Below, one piece after another: positions 48,901-61,627 of a stretch of 64,000 nucleotides of DNA (within the stretch, counting starts at the first letter, position 1; each line of letters opens with the position of its first letter). The DNA is taken from the NCBI RefSeq assembly GCF_018977255.1, contig NW_024704743.1, positions 82,214,001 to 82,278,000 on the forward strand. The letters are read 5' to 3'. Below the pieces are notes generated by a model that was given only the letters and a program-made list of their open reading frames with translations, ran no database searches and was not told the origin of the DNA. Both the position numbers and the translations under genes were made by a program. Source of the stretch: Callorhinchus milii (lineage: Eukaryota).

Positions 48901-50399
48901 TAGGGAAACTTCTCAAAATGCTTCACAGTATTTTATTGTACCGTGTTTTGGCTGTGTATTTGTATGCGAATGCGGCAGCCAATTTGCTGTAGCACAGTAA
49001 TCTCTCAAAAAACAGACATGAAGTGAATGATTAGTTTTATCTGGAGGATTGTTGGCCAGGACACTGGGGGAACTTCCTTGTCTTTTTGAATAATGTATGG
49101 AGGTATGATCTCATACAATCCATGCCTGTGCAGAATAAAACTAATACATAATAATAATAATCCTTGCATTTGATATAGCGCTTTTCACGTCTTCTAGGTG
49201 AAACGTGGGACATTAAAAGTTATGGGCAGATTGTCGGAGACCCTCTGGGGTCAGTGCTCTCACTTGAACGCTGTCCAATGTAAAACAGCATAAGCAGTTT
49301 CCCCTGTTTTTCCACCCATATTCCTACAGGTAGTTTTTTTTTGTAAAGTTTGAATCATGGAGATATTTCTTTCTGCTGTTCCATTCATCCCTATTTCTTT
49401 CTTTTGCCTTTGCCTTACTCATGCCCAAGAGGAGGCAGAAACTCCCTTTCATTTACGAATGGGATCTTTGATGTCCACCCTGTATATCACACCGAAATGT
49501 CAGTCATAAGTAGGCTACAGTGCTAACTAAAACATTGTCCCTCAAGAGCTAAACTGTTATATTAATACCACATTGTGCCAACCTTTCACTCTCTCTGCCA
49601 CTCACTCACTCCTCTTTCTGTCTGCCTCTGTGTTTCTACCTGCTAATCAAGCTCTGCAACTTCTGTGCCTCCAACTGGTGGAACCGTCTCTCAATGGATT
49701 AAATTCCTTCAAAAAAAATTAATTGGTCACTCAATTGGCTGCCGCGTTTCACCCACGAAATATACAGTTAATTCACTTTACTGTATATTACGTGAAGCGT
49801 TTTGAGACTGCTCGAAGACGTGATAAGGCGCTATATGAAATGCAAGGATTATATTTCTGTTATTAGAGACGTGTACCTGAGCTATCGGTAGAAGGGCCTT
49901 TGCTACTGGCTATTCACCGGTGAGGGATCAAACCTGCGCTTTATGGTGCTGAGTGACCAACTAGTGATTTTCCTTATGGGCGGGGGGGTGGGGGTGGGGT
50001 TTGTTGTGGGGAGAGAGAAGATGTGAGCGTGGTCTCCTTGGTACTGAACTGACTCCAAGGTCACAAGCTTGCCAATGGATTGAGTTAACCCTCTGTGGCA
50101 GTCTTGGTAATAATAAATATAATTTCCAAGTGCTTCACAGATTACTGTAAAGTATAGTCACTGTATTTTGCCTGTGAACGTGGCAGTCAATTTGCTCACA
50201 GCAATATCCCACAAACAACCATGAAGTAAATGACTCATTTTACTTAGAGGATTGTTGGCTTGGAGAATGGATGAAACTCTTCTCTTTTTGAATAGTGCAA
50301 AGAATTTTTAGCATCCACCTGGACAGATAGGTAGGGCCTGGGTTAACATGTCCACCCTGTATATCACACCAAAATGTCAGTCATAAGTAGGCTGGGTTT

Positions 50400-50711
50400 G
50401 TGGAGTCCTGTAGCTCAGTGGTTAGAGCACTCGCTTTGCAAGCGAGAGACCTGAGTTCAATTCCAGGCAGGGCGAAACCTTGGGCAAGTTTCCTTACTCC
50501 ACACGCCTAATAATAATCCCTCCAAAATCAATAATAAATTGGTCATTTTCAATCTAAGACTGTTTGTGGGACATTGCTGTGCGCAATTGGCTGCCGCGTT
50601 CGCCCACAAATATACAGTCAATTCACTTTACAGTGTGTTCTGTGAAGCGCTTTGGGACGTCCTCCCGACGTGAAAAGCGCTATATCAAATGCGAGGATTA
50701 TTATTATTATT
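50400..50711 (+). mobile_element. Young full-length tRNA(Ala)-like SINE, short subfamily
   Basis: Near-identical to 36759-37089. Confidence 0.95.
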
Positions 50712-50719
50712 AACATCTC

Positions 50720-50781
50720 AACAACAACAAGATTCCATTTATAGAGCGCCTTTCACGTCGGGAGGACCTCCCAAGGCGCTG
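50720..50781 (-). mobile_element. Young L2 extreme 3' tail only (~60 bp)
   Basis: aacaacaacaagattccatttatagagcgcctttcacgtcgggaggac..ccaaggcgctg, reverse complement of 31687-31750. Confidence 0.9.
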
Positions 50782-52167
50782 TAAACTCATTCGAAGGTGG
50801 CATCTTCAGTAATACAGCACTCCCCCAGCACTTCATTGGAATGTCATTGTAGACTATGTGAGTTTAAAGTACCAACATGGTGCTTGAAAGCACAAGTCTA
50901 TTTCCTGAGATGCAGTGCTCCCAAGGCGCTCTGGGAAACCAGGCTGTAATTCCGGGCTCATTCCTGGGAAAACAATGTGCACACATCATCGCTGGACACT
51001 GGGGGGAAAAAAGCACAGATTATTCCATTTAAAATCAAATTGAAGAGAAAATAATTTTTTTACCAAGTGACTTTCAACAAAAAATACATTGTTGAAAATG
51101 GTTTTCTAAAAAAAACTACTTTAAGAGACCTTGTATATGTTGTTACCTTTTCCTTTGTTGCTAGAGTTTTATTTGTTCTATTTCTTTTAACCACCAGAGC
51201 AGTTGTAGGTGGTCCAGACATGCATTGTGCTGTTCTCAAGGTTTTAAGGCTGTACAATCCAGTAAGAAGTTTGGGTTGGATAGTCCTTAAATGGGGGATA
51301 ACTAATTGTGCTGTAATTTGTTGTGTAACACTTGGGGAATACAAGTTATTAGTAGGCTACGTTGAATTAAATACTGTAAAGATAGCTAGAAAAAAACATT
51401 GTAAGCCAACGACAGGTGCATTTGATTCTTGCAGTGAAATATACTGTAAATGTTATTTTCTTTTACCGTAACCTTGCCTTTCTGGTCCATCCAAAATAGG
51501 TAAAATTCCAATAACAAACACCAACAAACCAAAAAGAGAAGAAAAGTAATGAATCACGTTTGTAGCCTGGACTGTGTTAAACTACCAGCTAGAGACAGGG
51601 CATGAGGGAGCGAGAGGAAAAAGAGGTGAATGAAAGCTGCAGTACTTTTATTAACTGTACTTTTATTACTGTGGTGTACTTACCACATGGCCTGCTAAGT
51701 GTACTGCTACTGTTCTGCACTCTTAACAGGGAAGTGCTTGGCTAAGCTATGCTTTTTTTCATCTCAGTGGGAAGGGACAATTTTCTTGCCTTAACCAGGT
51801 ACAGGGGAGAAGGGAGACTGGTTTATCCAGTTATGCTTTGCTGAGTTATATGCCGTTGTGAACCAACATAAGAGGCTGATGTTGAAATAATTCACGGATA
51901 TATTCATTGCTAAAACAGCTTGTGTCATCTCACTAAGAATGGAGGCATTGGAGAAGCAGAGATAGTAAAAACTCGTAATACAGAAATTTGATTATTTTCT
52001 TGTTTGGGTTTGAAGAGAAATTGTTTACATTTTTTTAAACTTTTTTTTACAGATTTAGTCACCTTAGTCCTACGTTAACAAATTCCCCGCCGCAGTCGAG
52101 ACCCAGTGTTACAAGACGGAGATTCTCCGAAATTGTACATAGAGGTTCGTGAGAAAAATCTGTCTTT

Positions 52168-52198
<31 letters not shown>

Positions 52199-52999
52199 GA
52201 TCTTCTTTGCAAACCACACACCGTGAGGTGGGGGTGGGGTTGTCGAATGGCGTAGTGTGTCAGTACAAAGAATTGCAGCAAGGGAGACCTGGCCTGACCT
52301 AGCTACCACTCAGCCTCGGGCTTCACCAGACGGCAAGTTGAGTTGTCAGTTTCAGTTGGGTAAGTGAGAGGTGAGGGAAAGATATTGTAGTTGTGGGGGG
52401 GGGGTGCTCCATCTAATAAACCTACTCAGGGTGGGATTTTTATACAGGGGTGTAAGATCCAGACATGGTTTAATAATGAAATCCCTTATTATTACACTGT
52501 GGCTGCTTCAGTTTATTCCATTTATAATATCTCAGTGATCACACTGAGCACAGAGAGCTCCGAAAGGCCCAATTCATTCTGGTTGCAAGGAACCTGCAGA
52601 TTAATGTGTTGCACCTAGACGACTGTTAAGTTAAGCACAAAGCTTAATGGCAGACCTAGCCCGGTGGCTAAGAGCAGCATTGTCAGAAGTTGTGTTGTTG
52701 TCGGTAGTCGCCCTCTGTTGAATGATTGACTGCAAATACTCATTCACTAATATAATAGTTATTTTTAACCTAATACTTTTTTTTGAGGGGTGAATACCTC
52801 CTTCCTTTAAAATATTCCTATTATGTTACAAGTGACCTTTTATATACAGGATAAAGACAATAGGGTTCATTTTGAGGTATCTCTTAATGGGATTCTGTGA
52901 TCAAGGAATTCAAAAAGGAACATCTTGCAGTGACTGGACATACGTGCTAACAATTTGAGGGAATCAAATAGGTCAATAATTGGAAAGCAAACCCTGAGC

Positions 53000-53255
53000 C
53001 TAGAATCATAGAAGTTTACAGTGCGGAGGGAGGCCATTCGGCCCATCAAGTCTGCCCCAAGTCTCAACAAGCTGTTCATTCAATCCCATTGCCCTGCCTT
53101 ATCCCCATATCCCTTCAAGCCTTCATCTTTCAAGTACCTGTCTGTCTACTTACCTCTTGAAACCTGCAGAGGATTCTGCTTTTACCACCTTATTCGGCAA
53201 GGCATTCTACATCCTCTTGTGTGAAAACAAATTCTCCTAAACTCCGCTTTTCGCT
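53000..53255 (-). mobile_element. CR1 LINE 3' end
   Basis: tagaatcatagaa terminus, ggaggccattcggcccatcaagtct, tcaagtacctgtc. Confidence 0.8.
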
Positions 53256-53269
53256 CTTATAACTATGTG

Positions 53270-53692
53270 CATGTGTCAGCCTGCCTCAGTGGAGACATTC
53301 TCACCTCTGAGTCAGAAGGTTGTTGAAATCACATAGTCTAAGCTGACACTCCAATGCAGTGCTGGGAAGGAGGGTTATTGCATTGTTTGGAGGTGCTGTC
53401 CTTCGCATGAGATATTAAACCGAGGTCCTGTCTGCCTGGTGTACGTTAAAGATCCCATGGCACTATTAGAAAAGAGAAAGGAGTTTCTTCTGGTTTTCTG
53501 ACCAACAATCCATTGAACAAAATTGGTCATTCACTCCATGGGTGTTTGTAAAACATTGCTGTGCGCAAATTGGCTGCCTTGTTTATCCACAAAATACAGT
53601 AATTCCACTTTACAGTATATCCTCTAAAGTGCTTTGACACATCTCATCAATGTGATAAGGCTACTATATCAAATGCAAGGATTATTTTATTA
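53270..53692 (+). mobile_element. Older DeuSINE-like SINE, near full length
   Basis: Head gtcagcctgcctcagtgg..ctctgagtcagaaggttg; body ggaggtgctgtccttcgcatgagatattaaaccgagg..aaagatcccatggcacta; tail. Confidence 0.9.
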
Positions 53693-53715
53693 TGTCCCCA
53701 GGTCAGTCACTCATC

Positions 53716-54012
53716 TGCTCAGTGGTTAGAGCACTTGCTTTGCAAGCGAGAGACCTGGGTTCGATTCCCGGCAGGGTGAAACCTTGGGCAAGTTTCCTTA
53801 CTCCACACCTGATAATAATCCCTCAAACAAAAACAATAATGAATTGGTCATTTCAATCCACAACTGTTTGTGGGACACTGCTGTGCGAAATTGGCTGCCG
53901 CATTTCACCCACAAATATACAGCCAATTCACTTTACAGTTTATTCTGTGAAGCGCATTGAGATGTCTAGAAGACATGAAAAGCGCTACATCAAATGCAAG
54001 GATTATTATTAT
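53716..54012 (+). mobile_element. tRNA(Ala)-like SINE, short subfamily variant
   Basis: gctcagtggttagagcacttgctttgcaagcgagagacctgggttcgattcccggcaggg..tail. Confidence 0.92.
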
Positions 54013-54160
54013 CTACCTGCTAGTGGAAATAGCATTCTAACAATGACTGCCTCATTACAGTGAGGCCAGTTATCAAGGTCAGTCAATAATCAATAATCGA
54101 ATGTTCCTGCTAAATCCACATTCATGATATTAATGAAACCAAATGATTTGGTTTCATGAA

Positions 54161-54281
54161 CGTCGTGTTTTGCCCACAAAATATACAGTCAATTCACCTT
54201 ACAGTATATTTCTGTGAAGCTCTTTGAGACGTCTTCAAGATGTAATAAGGCGTTATATCAAATGCAAGGATTATTATTATT
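54161..54281 (+). mobile_element. SINE 3' fragment
   Basis: gcccacaaaatatacagtcaattcac..atatcaaatgcaaggattattatt. Confidence 0.85.
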
Positions 54282-56769
54282 TGTCGGGAACAATTATCAA
54301 TTATTAAATTTTTGTTTTCCATTCTTTGAAAAAACGTTTTACTTTTTTTCTCTCTTCCCTGCCACATTTCATTGTTAGTGTCTGTTAGCACTGCTGATGT
54401 ACAAATGATATTAATTATTATATGGTTTAGTGCCTTTTTGGCTCGTGCAGGATGTGAAGCTTCATGAGGCATGCAGTGAATTTCCAATCTGTGACACACT
54501 CCTGTCTAAAGTCGTGACCAAAAACTTTCTTATAAAAGTACCAAACTTAGAGGTTACTCAAAAGACAAGGAGTTTGATCCTGTTCAGTACCTAAAATGTA
54601 AAGCAAACCCCAGTGTAACATAGCATAGAGCACTAGCCACCTCATACATCTGGCACATTTTTTGAAAGGCTTGCTTTGTCAACGTAATGTTTTTAGCCTT
54701 TTCTTTTTGTTAGTGGAATAGTTTCGAGGTGCTTTAAAGTTTTTAGCTAAGGTGTCACTTTTAAACCGATCCCAATTGTGTTGTAATGATGGTTTGAGGC
54801 TGCTTCTTTTGAGCAGCTGCTGCTGACGGGAAGCTGAAACCATAGAGTAATGAACCGTCTGTTTCCCGGCGGGAATGTGAGCTTTTTAATTGGTGGCTTT
54901 ATTGAAGTTGTCATGAATGAAAATGGTTACTAGGTTTGTGCTGACTAAACAATTTATTACAGAATTTAAAATTTCAGTTGACAAGCCAGTTTTAGCCTTG
55001 TCTGTTCCCTTCATCCCACTAATGATCAATGTAGCATTTGCACTATGATTATGGGCATATTGGTGGGACGTGACACATAAGGGCGAGCTGTCATTCAGAG
55101 CCAAAGTATTTATCTTAGTTGCGTTTTTGAAACTCACAAAACAATATGTTAACCATTTATTGAATGCCATCTTACCATTGGATGAAGACCAAGCTCTCAC
55201 AGCTGTTTTATTTGCTTTACGTTAACCAAGTTGATTTGATCCAAATCAGTGCCAGAGGTGCAATTGGTAATGTTTAACCCATAAAATTGGATTTGGGATA
55301 ATTGTTTTCTAAGCACAGTACTTAAGCCTTTCCTAAACCCAACAACATCGCTTCTGCTTCAAACCCTAAGCAGAGTTTCAAGAGCCTCTCAAATTTAAGG
55401 AATTCTAAATTCAAATGTGAGGGTCTTGTTGTATTCTCTTCAAAGTTTTCCCTCAATTGGTGCAGATTTATGATTTATAATGTATATTAGGGACTGGGAA
55501 GTGTTTGACCTCTATTGCAAAGTTGTAACTGTAACACATGGACTATCTACCAGTCCAGGGCTGATTTCTAATAAACCTACTCAGGACAGGCTTTTCGTCT
55601 GGATGTGCAAAATCCAGCCTTGTTTAACAATGTGTCCAGTATTACAGTGTGACTGTTCCAGGTAACGTATCTCTTGAGATCACATTGAGCACAGAAGCTC
55701 CAAAGTCCCCATTTATTCTGATTGCAGAATAATATGCTACATCTAAATTACTGTTAAGTTAAACATGAAGCTTAGTGGCACATATTTTCGAGGTGTGACT
55801 CCTCCCTATTTTTGTGCTTGACTTAAAACTGCTCCGAGTACATCTCCGTGTCACCCATCAGGGGTGGGGTATAACAGAGATTTTCTGTATTTAGGAGTGT
55901 TTACCCTAGAAATATAAGAATAATCCTTACGTTTGATATAGAACCTTTCAAGTTTCTCAGGATATATTGTGAAGTGGAGTGATTGTATATGTTGTGTGTG
56001 AACATAGAATATACTTTTAGGCTTTCAAAACCTACAGGACCCAAATTGTCTCTTCTCTGGTGGACAAAGGAGACAAGATTCTTCCTTCCTCTCCTCCCCC
56101 CTCCCCCCCTCCGCCTCCTTTAGGGAGTAGAGAAGAAAACTGGCACATGTGCGCTCACCTTTCCAGATGTCACTTTCATTCTACACTCCAGTGGTTGGAA
56201 TGAAGCACTGGGCAGCCCTCCACTCAGAAAGCAGAGAGCAACCTAACCATCCAGACAACCTTCCCACAAATCCACAGGACAATACCCTGCAGCAAAACAG
56301 AAAAGATAGAAATGGATCCAAACTAGTGAACGCACTGTTAATAATGTTAATGACAAAGCTGAGAGTAATTGTTTGTTCGGCTGCAGCTATGACTTTCCCT
56401 CTCCACTCCAAGTCTAATTCAAAGTACAGAGTTATTCATTTGTTTTATTTTCCCCTCACCTACCCACACGCGTAACCATCCTGATATTATTTTCCCTTCC
56501 CTGGCAGAATATGTCTAAATGTGGTGAAAGCATTGAGTCATGCTTCAAACCAGTTTTGTACTGCACACAAAAGAAATTATTAAACCAGTCAGTCTGATGT
56601 AGGTTCCAATAGACACAGAAAAGACTGTTAGGGCATCGACAAGTTGTTTGTAGGGTAGCAGTGCTAACTCATTGAGATTTGTAATAATTCTTCAATGTAT
56701 TAACTGATTTAGAAAATACTTGGTTTTCTGCTTCATTCAATATGAACTTACCAATAATTCTAATAAGCC

Positions 56770-57173
56770 TGTGTGTCAGCCTGTTTCAGTTGGTAGTACT
56801 CTCGCCTCTCAGTCAGAGTGGATTCAAGCTCCAAATCAGGATGTGGAACTCATATAGTCTCAGCTGACACTCCAGTGCGGTGCTGGGGTGTACTGTATTG
56901 CCATTCTTTGAATAAGATATCAAACAAGACCCTGTCTGGCTGTTCAGGTGAATTAAAGATCGCTTGGCACTATTCAAAAAGAGAAGAACCAATAATCCCA
57001 CAAATAACATTGGTCATTCACTCCATGGCTATTTGTGGGACATTGCTGTATGCAATTGGCTTCCGCATTCATCCTCAAAACATAATCACTCCACTATGCA
57101 ATATATCCCTTGAAGTACTTTTTGACATCCTCTTGACGTGAAAGGCGCTAATACCAAATGCAAGGATTATTAT
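56770..57173 (+). mobile_element. Older DeuSINE-like SINE, full length
   Basis: gtgtcagcctgtttcagttggtagtactctcgcctctcagtcag head; Deu-like body; tail. Confidence 0.88.
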
Positions 57174-57434
57174 CAAAGTGCTCTGAGTCCTAATTCTATG
57201 TAAAGGGTGCTACATAAATGCAAGTTGTTATATTACGATGTCCAGCCACTAAAGACTTAACATTTCATAATCTGGGGACTTATTCTATTGATTGTATTTG
57301 TCAGTACAGTCTGATCTGTGTGGCCAGGTCAAATAACATTGCAGATAAAAAAAAGTCATAAAAGGGGCAATAGGATACCAGTTTTATAGGTAGGACATTG
57401 AATATAAAATTAGGAGACGTGACATTGATTAACA

Positions 57435-57800
57435 TAATATAAACATATCTATCTCAGTTTTGAATATGTTCAAGGACTGAGCGTCAACAGCCCTTTGGGG
57501 TAGCAAGTTCCATACATTCACCACCCCTTGAGTGAAGAAGTTCTTCCTCAACTCAGTGCAAAAGGGCTGGCCTCTGATTTTAAGGTTGTGACCCCTGGTT
57601 TCAGTTTCTCCAACCAGGGGAAACAATCTCCCAATATCTACTCTATCATGCCCTTTGATGATCTTATAGGTTTCTATAAGATCCCCTCTAATTCTTCTAT
57701 ATTCTAGAGAATATAGGCCCAAATTGGTCAGCCTATCCTCGTAACTCATCCCCTTCATCCCTGGTACTAACCTAGTAAATCTACGCTGCACCCCCTCCTA
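57435..57800 (-). mobile_element. Younger CR1 ORF2 C-terminal fragment with intact frame
   Basis: QRRFTRLVPGMKGMSYEDRLTNLGLYSLEYRRIRGDLIETYKII..TRGHNLKI..FFTQGVVNVWN is the canonical CR1 ORF2 end. Confidence 0.92.
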
Positions 57801-58440
57801 GAGGCAGGTCATTAGTTAGACTGCAGCTTTATGGAGGTTTGGATGTTTATTTATAGAAAATATATGAGCACCATGAAGAAGATTTAGTATATATTCACTA
57901 GGATGATACCAGGGATGAAAGGATAATAGTTGTGATGAAAGATTTAACAATCTTGGTTGTACTCGCTGAACTTAAGAGAGGATTGAATCAAAACGTTTTA
58001 AATTCTGAAACGGTTTGAGAGCATGAACCAAAAACAAGTTATTTCCATTGGTTGGAATTGGCACCAAGAGAACGTTTGCTTCAGTCAGCCGGGTGTCTGA
58101 CCCATCACCATACTTAAGAGTTTCCAGACCAAACTAAGGTGAGAATTCCTTGCACCCCACCTCCACATGCAAATTCCACTTTCAAGAGAATATACATTTA
58201 AGATTTAGCAGAAGCATAAAGGGGAGCTTAGGAGAAATTGTTTATACGCACACATTGGGATTGGGATGTTGAACGGCCACTGGGATGTCAAACGGCCTAC
58301 GCAGATGGCTGTTGAAGATTGAGTTAATCACCACACTGAAAAGGGAATTAGATAAACACAACATTGAGATGTAAAAGGGGCTGGGAAATGTTTCAGTGGG
58401 GTAGCACTGTGGGCCAAATGACCCTCTACTGGATCAAATT
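57801..58440 (+). mobile_element. Older degenerate CR1 LINE (host of the opposite-strand CR1 insertion; probably begins about 57340)
   Basis: atattcactaggatgataccagggatgaaagg..ttatttccattggttgg..aaagggaattagataaaca..gggccaaatg. Confidence 0.65.
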
Positions 58441-59514
58441 TTTATTTCTGTGTCTACAGTATTGAAATGTGGTTATAGTTTTATAACTGGAAAACTAGTT
58501 GATTCATTCCTTTACGTTCTCCTGAAGTGAAAGGAGCTGCATTAAATGCGTGGATTATTGTTGCTGGTTATAAATAATACATTCCTTGGTTGTTTGGTGA
58601 TAGAGATCAAGATGCTTAGCTGTGTGTTTTTATTTGTAATTGTTTTATCAATAATATTGCACCATGCTCTGTTCAGTTTCCTCTATCTAAAATAAAGACA
58701 AGTATTCAAACTCCACTATGTATTTAAATCTGGGGCAACAAATAACTCTTTTGGGCTGAGCACTTCCATCCTATTTATTTGAAACTGCCTGGATGTGGCA
58801 TCTTAAATGTCCACAGCTTTAATAGTTTGGCTAAGACAGTGTGCAGAATGTTCAACTATGAAAGAAACTGGAAGTTTTTTTTATTTTTGGAGTTCAAAAC
58901 AAAAAGGTTTTAAACCACTTGACAAATTAGAAGAGGCTTTTACGAGTGTGCGAGTGGGGCTTTTGTAGAAACAAAAGATAGTTACTCATTAAGCACTGCA
59001 GAAGAAATGGTTCAGTAGTGCAGAGTGTTCAGGTCAGACTGTACTCAAAAGCAAGCCTTGAATTTAGACATGTTGACGGGAGCTCAGTTTGACTCCAGGC
59101 ATTCCTTGGCTGAGAATTATCAGAAGTACCACTGCAGTTACTTTTGCATGAATTGTGTTTTTTTTTCTCAATCCTTAATTTGAAAAGAAGTTACATATTA
59201 GCTTCAAAAGAGTAATATCTGTATTTAAAATTGTGCATCAGATTCTCAGGAGCCCTCCAAGCTACATGAACTGGTTTACTGTTGAAGCTTGGCTATGTCT
59301 TAAAAGCACTGTTGTGAGATGTATTTGGAACTAACCTTACGGTATTACCCATCAATCCAAAGAACACTAATTCACAATGCCATTGCTGGCTGTTATATAA
59401 AATGATTTGTTGACTCGTGGAATAAAATAATCTTGCATTTGACATAGCAACACATTGTTGAGAATCTCAAAGCACTTTACAGTCTATGCTGTAAAGTGGT
59501 GACTGTGAAAGTGA

Positions 59515-60022
59515 AGCTTTCGTCACCTCCCGCCTCAATTATTCCAATGTCGTCCTCACCAGTCTCCCCAGCGCCACTATACACAAAATCCAACTAATTC
59601 AGAACTTCGATAGCCGAATACTCGCCCGCTCTAAACTATGTACCCCCATCACACCAGTCCTCACCAGGTTCCACTGACTCCCGATCACAGAACAGATCGA
59701 CTTCAAGACCCTCACACTCGTCTACAAATCTCTTCACTCCCTGGCATCTCCCTACCTTTCTGACCTGCTTATTCCCCCTCCACCACCTGTTGCCTCCACT
59801 CGGCTGACTCCGGCCTCCTATTTGTCCCATGTCCACTCCGCTTTACCATTGGCAGTCATGCTTTCAGCCACTGTGCCCCAAACCTTTAGAACTGTCTCCA
59901 CCTTGCTTACGGTCACCTCCTTCCTCCCCCCAGCTTAGTGTCAGTCTCCGCCACTGTTAAGTGTTCTGAGACGCTACCCCACTTGAATGGTGCTATATAA
60001 ATGCAAGTTTTGATGTTGGTGT
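59515..60022 (+). mobile_element. L2 3' fragment (older subfamily)
   Basis: gctttcgtcacctcccgcctcaattattccaat..ccactgactccc..gacttcaagac (AFVTSRL..HWLP..DFK-like), homologous to 31083-31460, plus tail gctatataaatgcaagt. Confidence 0.85.
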
Positions 60023-60809
60023 GTAATGTCACCTACAAACACACAGTATTTACTATACTGCGCTCACTTCACAGAAAATCCTGTGAGGTGCTTTGAGACA
60101 TTTCAACAACATGATATATCTACATGATATACGCACTACATCAAATGCAAAAAAATGTATTATTATAATATCAAAATTATTAGAGGAGGTTGTTTGGGTG
60201 TGAGGAGAAGGGAAAGCATACCTGGTTAGTTTCCACAGGCAATAGACACTCAGTGTATGAGTTGTTTGAGCGATATGTGCTCAGATGTCTTTCCGACATG
60301 AAGGACGCTATACAAGTGTAATTTGTTGTTGTTGCTGCATTGATATGCCCATGATGTTTAGGGTTTGGCTGTCTGAAATCACAAACAGTCTCAGTGCTGA
60401 GAACATCAGGGTTTGCTTGGCCTGAGAAGAAGGAAGTTCTGAATTATTGCAACATAAGCTTTTGAATTATTACATACAAACTATGAATCTTAAATATATT
60501 TTCACACAGCAAAATGCACTGTATATTGTCACCATATTATATACAGTATTACCATACAATAGGAACATGAAGATTTTCTGACAGGTGGTCCTCAAATTGG
60601 AGCAACTCATGAGGTTCAAATGCTAATGTACATATGTCCTGAAGAGCTCCTCTGCTGGTCAGAGCTGCACCCAGAGCTGCTGGTCATCTTCCCTTCACCT
60701 CAAAGGTGCCCTGCACTTCTCAGGCAGATGGTTTACAAATTTAATATTAGAATCCATTATTAATAATTTATAATCATAATCTAATATTCATGGTTGTATT
60801 TAATTAAAC

Positions 60810-61120
60810 GGGTCAGAAAGATGCGGATGCAAGCCTCCACCTGGGGAGTTTGAGCTTGGAGTTTAGGCTGACACCCCATTACAGTGCTGGAGGTGTGCTG
60901 CATTGTTGGAGGTGCCATCCTTCTGAGGAGACACTAAATCGAGGTCCAGGCTGCCTGTTCAGGTGGACGTTAAAGATACCATTGCACCATTCAATAGGAG
61001 AAGAATTTCCCCCAATGTCCTGGTCTTCAGATGAATTGGTCATTCACTTCATGGTTCTTTGTGGGACGTTGCAATGTATAAATTGACTGTTGCAGCCAGC
61101 CACAAATACACTAACTACAC
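60810..61120 (+). mobile_element. DeuSINE-like SINE fragment
   Basis: taggctgacacc..ggaggtgccatccttc..ctgcctgttcaggtggacgttaaagatacc. Confidence 0.85.
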
Positions 61121-61627
61121 CTGAAATCAATTACATGTTTAACCCTTTGTGAATTTTAACATCATAGGCACCACTATGCTAGTGTTATTAATGAATTATT
61201 ATTCCTATTGTGTGGTAATACTATGAAAATGCTAGTGTTATTAACAATAAACATGTTGAATTTCTATATCCATGTACAACTTCCAGTGATATTAAATTTA
61301 CAATGTTGTCCAAATCTAATTTTAAAAGCTCCCTCTGAAGCCTGGCATCAAGTTCAATAAGACCATTGATCAATGAGCAACTAGAAGACTGACTTGCTTG
61401 TCACAGTACTATAGTAGTGAGCAGGATACTATGAATTATGTTTCCAAATAGATAAACCTCTGTGGTAATAGTTCCACATTATTGTTCAGATGTCTAAATA
61501 AATTGTTCTTTATTTATTTCTTTGTTCACCACAGTCTCTTTCCTGTCTTTCCACATTAAAGTTTCTGGTCATGGTACAGGATGCTCTTATCTAATTGAGA
61601 GGATAGGCAACTAACAGGCTCCTAGAG

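Larger units (their letters stand above)
50110..50900 (-). mobile_element. DeuSINE-like SINE disrupted by three later insertions
   Basis: Body runs to ggttaac (about 50347) and resumes as taacatctca (50711) and ctcattcgaaggtggcatc (50786). Confidence 0.8.

Noticed and set aside
57429..57791. 120-aa ORF as a host gene
   Set aside because: It is the CR1 ORF2 C-terminal fragment.
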